A stretch of DNA of 64,000 bases from contig NZ_JBBATI010000018.1 in assembly GCF_040398825.1 (NCBI RefSeq), forward strand, positions 323-64,322. The letters run 5' to 3'. The notes below the pieces were generated by a model that saw only the letters and a list, made by a program, of their open reading frames with translations, ran no database searches and was not told the DNA's origin. This document shows positions 61,630 through 64,000 of the stretch, piece by piece. Position 1 is the first letter of the stretch, and every line of letters begins with the position of its first letter. Source of the stretch: Novosphingobium sp. Its GTDB lineage: Bacteria; Pseudomonadota; Alphaproteobacteria; Sphingomonadales; Sphingomonadaceae. The position numbers and the translations under genes are program-made.

Positions 61630-62751
61630 CTAGCCAATAAACATCCGTCCGTGCCGCTTGCGCGGGGCCGGGGCGTTGAAGATTGCGCCGGCCGACAGGC
61701 GGCTGCCGCGCACCACAAGCAGGATCAGGTCGCCCGGTTCGATCCGCACGTCTTCACCAGGGTGCTGGATCGATTGGTCATTGGTGCGGTCGATCTGCAC
61801 GATAAAGAACGCGCCATTGCCCTGGCGTTCGGCTTCGCCCACCGTCAGCCCTGTCAGCGCGCCACCGGCGCCCGCCGTTACCACTTCAAGATCCAGCCCG
61901 AAGTTGTTGAGATTGCTTTTGATCGTGCCGACTTCGCGAATGTCGCCCAGCATGCTTTCGGTGGCGGGAAACAGGATCAGTTCGGTGATCCGTTCGGCGC
62001 CGATGTGGGTGGGCAGCACCACTTTGTCGGCCCCGGCATGGAACAGCTTGTTTTCGGTGGAGGGCGCTTCTCCGCGTGCGATGATCTGGATCGCCGGGGC
62101 CAGATTGCGCGCCGACAGCGTGATGAACACGTTGGCGGCATCGTCGGGCAACACGCAGGCGAGCACCCGCGCGCGCGTCACCCCGGCCTGTTTCAGCGTT
62201 TCTTCCTGCGTCGCTTCGCCGATCAGGATCAGGTATCCGGCGGCGCGCGCCTCTTCGGCCTTGGCAGGATCGCGCTCGATGATCAAAAACGGATGGCGTG
62301 CCTCGGTCAGCGCCTTGGCCAGCTGCACCCCGATCCGGCCATAGCCGCAGACGATGGCGTGCGCGTCCAGCTGTTCGATTTCGCTTTGCATGCGGTCCAA
62401 TCCCAAAAGGCGGCGGAACTGATAGAGGTTGAACACCTGGATCAGCGCGCCGGTCAGCACGATCATGCCGGTGCATCCCAGCACGATGGTCATCGTCGTC
62501 CACAGCCGCAGGAACAGCGTATCGACCGGGCGCACTTCGCCATAGCCGACCGAATAGACCGTGGTCAGCACCATGAACGCCGCATCGCCCAGCGACCAGC
62601 CCGCCGCGACATAGCCGATGGTGGAAACGATGAAGATCGTCGCCATCGCCACCAAAGTTCCGGACAACAGTTTCAGCGGCGATGCGAGCAACCCGCCCGT
62701 ATCGTGTTGCGGCCCGATTATCGGCCGGTTGAAAGATGTCTGGTCTGCCAT
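61630..62751 (-). CDS. two-TM potassium channel with RCK/TrkA-N and TrkA-C domains
   Basis: Selectivity-filter-like TTVYSVGYGEV. Rossmann VCGYGRIGVQLAKAL. C-terminal TrkA-C-like segment. Confidence 0.8.
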   Translation of the reverse strand: MADQTSFNRPIIGPQHDTGGLLASPLKLLSGTLVAMATIFIVSTIGYVAAGWSLGDAAFMVLTTVYSVGYGEVRPVDTLFLRLWTTMTIVLGCTGMIVLTGALIQVFNLYQFRRLLGLDRMQSEIEQLDAHAIVCGYGRIGVQLAKALTEARHPFLIIERDPAKAEEARAAGYLILIGEATQEETLKQAGVTRARVLACVLPDDAANVFITLSARNLAPAIQIIARGEAPSTENKLFHAGADKVVLPTHIGAERITELILFPATESMLGDIREVGTIKSNLNNFGLDLEVVTAGAGGALTGLTVGEAERQGNGAFFIVQIDRTNDQSIQHPGEDVRIEPGDLILLVVRGSRLSAGAIFNAPAPRKRHGRMFIG

Positions 62752-62825
62752 GGTTCCGGGGCAAAGCTGTGGCGCATGGGTGCCCGGTTTGTCCAGCCAA
62801 TGCGGTGCCCGCGCCGGGGCTGATA

Positions 62826-62856
62826 CGCAAAAGGGCGCGGGTTTTACACCGCGCCC
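62826..62856 (-). terminator. Rho-independent terminator of infC
   Basis: The - strand reads GGGCGCGGtgtaaaaCCCGCGCCC followed by TTTTGCG, ~30 nt after the infC stop. Confidence 0.6.
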
Positions 62857-62887
62857 TGTTGGGTTGAATTGCGTCGCAGACCTGCAA

Positions 62888-63409
62888 TTACTTGGGTGAC
62901 AGCACCATCAGCATCTGCCGGCCTTCCATGCGCGGAAATGCCTCGACCTTGGCCACTTCGGCAACATCGTCCTGCACCTTGCGCAGCAGGTTCATCCCCA
63001 GCTGTTGGTGCGACAGTTCACGACCGCGAAAGCGCAGGGTGATCTTCACCTTGTCGCCGTCTTCGATGAAGCGATGGACGTTCTTCATCTTGGTATCGTA
63101 ATCGTGGTCATCGATGTTGGGACGCATCTTGATCTCTTTGATCTCCTGCGTCTTTTGGCTCTTGCGGGCGAGGTTGGCCTTTTTTTGCGCTTCGTAGCGG
63201 AACTTGCCAACGTCCAGGAATTTGCACACCGGCGGGTCGGCGTTGGGCGACACCTCAACCAGGTCAAGGCCGACTTCGGCCGCCTGATCAATCGCTTCGC
63301 GGGTGTACATGACACCCAGGTTTTCGCCGTTCTCGTCGATCACGCGCACTTTGGGCACGTTGATCATCTGGTTAAAGCGGGGCCCGCTCTTGACGGGGGG
63401 CGCCATCAT
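62888..63409 (-). CDS. infC: translation initiation factor IF-3
   Basis: M(M)[31 protein letters not shown]... and [41 protein letters not shown]. Start ambiguous: ATG 63409 or 63406, or in-frame ATA 63430 (see findings). Confidence 0.93.
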   Translation of the reverse strand: MMAPPVKSGPRFNQMINVPKVRVIDENGENLGVMYTREAIDQAAEVGLDLVEVSPNADPPVCKFLDVGKFRYEAQKKANLARKSQKTQEIKEIKMRPNIDDHDYDTKMKNVHRFIEDGDKVKITLRFRGRELSHQQLGMNLLRKVQDDVAEVAKVEAFPRMEGRQMLMVLSPK

Positions 63410-63635
63410 GCGCCGGGGAGGGGGAGCTATTTTCGGTTCTCCTGTGGTTGTTGCCGAATAGTGTGTCGTCGAAAGTGTCGAGGTCGTCAAAAGCGCATCG
63501 TCGCCGGATCAGGTGATCGGGCGGCACGGACTTCGTCGGCGTGCTCATAACACATCGCGCCAACAGTTAAAGGGCCAAGCGTGCGCAAATGCTGCGGCAA
63601 TTGCCGTCCCAACCGCTCTCAGCGCGTCCGAACGC

Positions 63636-64000
63636 TCAGGCAGCGGTGCGCCACAGCGCAAACCGCGCCACTTTGCCCGCCGCCGGCACCAGCGCATCGG
63701 CCCTGCGCGCCGGATCAAGCGCGGCGCGAATCGCCGGCGAATGTGCGTCCAGCCCACCCGTCAGCGCGCCGAACGCGGGCAGCACCATGCGGCTTTCGCT
63801 GGCGACCACGCAGGCGCGGGTGATCGTGCGGCCGCGCTGCACCACGCGCAGGCGCGGGTGAAAATGGCCCGACAGTTCGGGGCGGGTTTCGCCTGGCCGG
63901 GCCTCATGCCGCAGGATCACCCCGGCGATGCAGGTTTCGTCCAGATGCGTGCCGGGCACGGTGGCCGAGGCGGACGCTTTGCCCGCTGTATCATGCGCGG
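63636..64000 (-). CDS. pdeM: metallophosphoesterase, PdeM-like (ligase-associated DNA damage response), 3' part; 5' end outside the window
   Basis: The frame stays open to the window edge. ...LRHEARPGETRPELSGHFHPRLRV...RMVLPAFGALTGGLD resembles the C-terminal GHxHP / LPAFG.hTGG pattern I associate with PdeM. Assignment from memory only. Confidence 0.5.
   Translation of the reverse strand, partial: AHDTAGKASASATVPGTHLDETCIAGVILRHEARPGETRPELSGHFHPRLRVVQRGRTITRACVVASESRMVLPAFGALTGGLDAHSPAIRAALDPARRADALVPAAGKVARFALWRTAA

Overview
Visibly GC-rich (about two-thirds G+C by eye, not computed) alphaproteobacterial chromosome segment. The protein sequences and gene order look most like Sphingomonadales. 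Almost all of it is core housekeeping DNA. In order: the 3' end of prfB, an NMO-family flavoenzyme, amt, a 2-hydroxyacid dehydrogenase, an SH3-domain protein and a thiolase. Next comes the complete nuoA-N operon (6.5-21.4 kb) followed by birA-coaX-rnj-DUF1467. After that: phoR-phoU-phoB, tRNA-Glu(UUC), recJ, a second NMO gene, an amidohydrolase, leuA, an epoxide hydrolase, ilvB-ilvN-ilvC, head-to-head miaA/serB, a Coq4-family gene and purL. The last part holds xseB-ispA, coaD, a cyclophilin, queA, a GST, phaZ, a TauE-family permease, tgt, a PhzF-like protein, an RCK K+ channel, infC and the 3' part of a pdeM-like gene. I see no transposase, integrase, phage gene, CRISPR-Cas or recognisable defence gene. 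Two small patches look accessory. The first (30.6-34.0 kb) holds an exported Gly-rich protein, a flavodoxin-like protein, an unassignable 255-aa ORF and a stand-alone AHH-type HNH nuclease. The second (39.3-42.6 kb) has a lower-GC spacer, a two-gene operon of exported unknowns, and a lone Rieske oxygenase bracketed by direct repeats. The most striking sequence-level signal is non-coding. A ~115-bp nested-palindrome element occurs 4.5 times, always at gene ends and once inside the nuo operon. There are also three other large unrelated palindromic structures (nuoE/nuoF spacer, xseB upstream, coaD downstream). I cannot point to a clear multi-gene novel system. The best candidates are the AHH nuclease module and the repeat-bracketed oxygenase cassette, and both are inferences that need database and structural checks. 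Many start codons are my own choice from homologue-like N-termini and SD spacing, because ORF-track N-terminal extensions are common in this GC-rich DNA.
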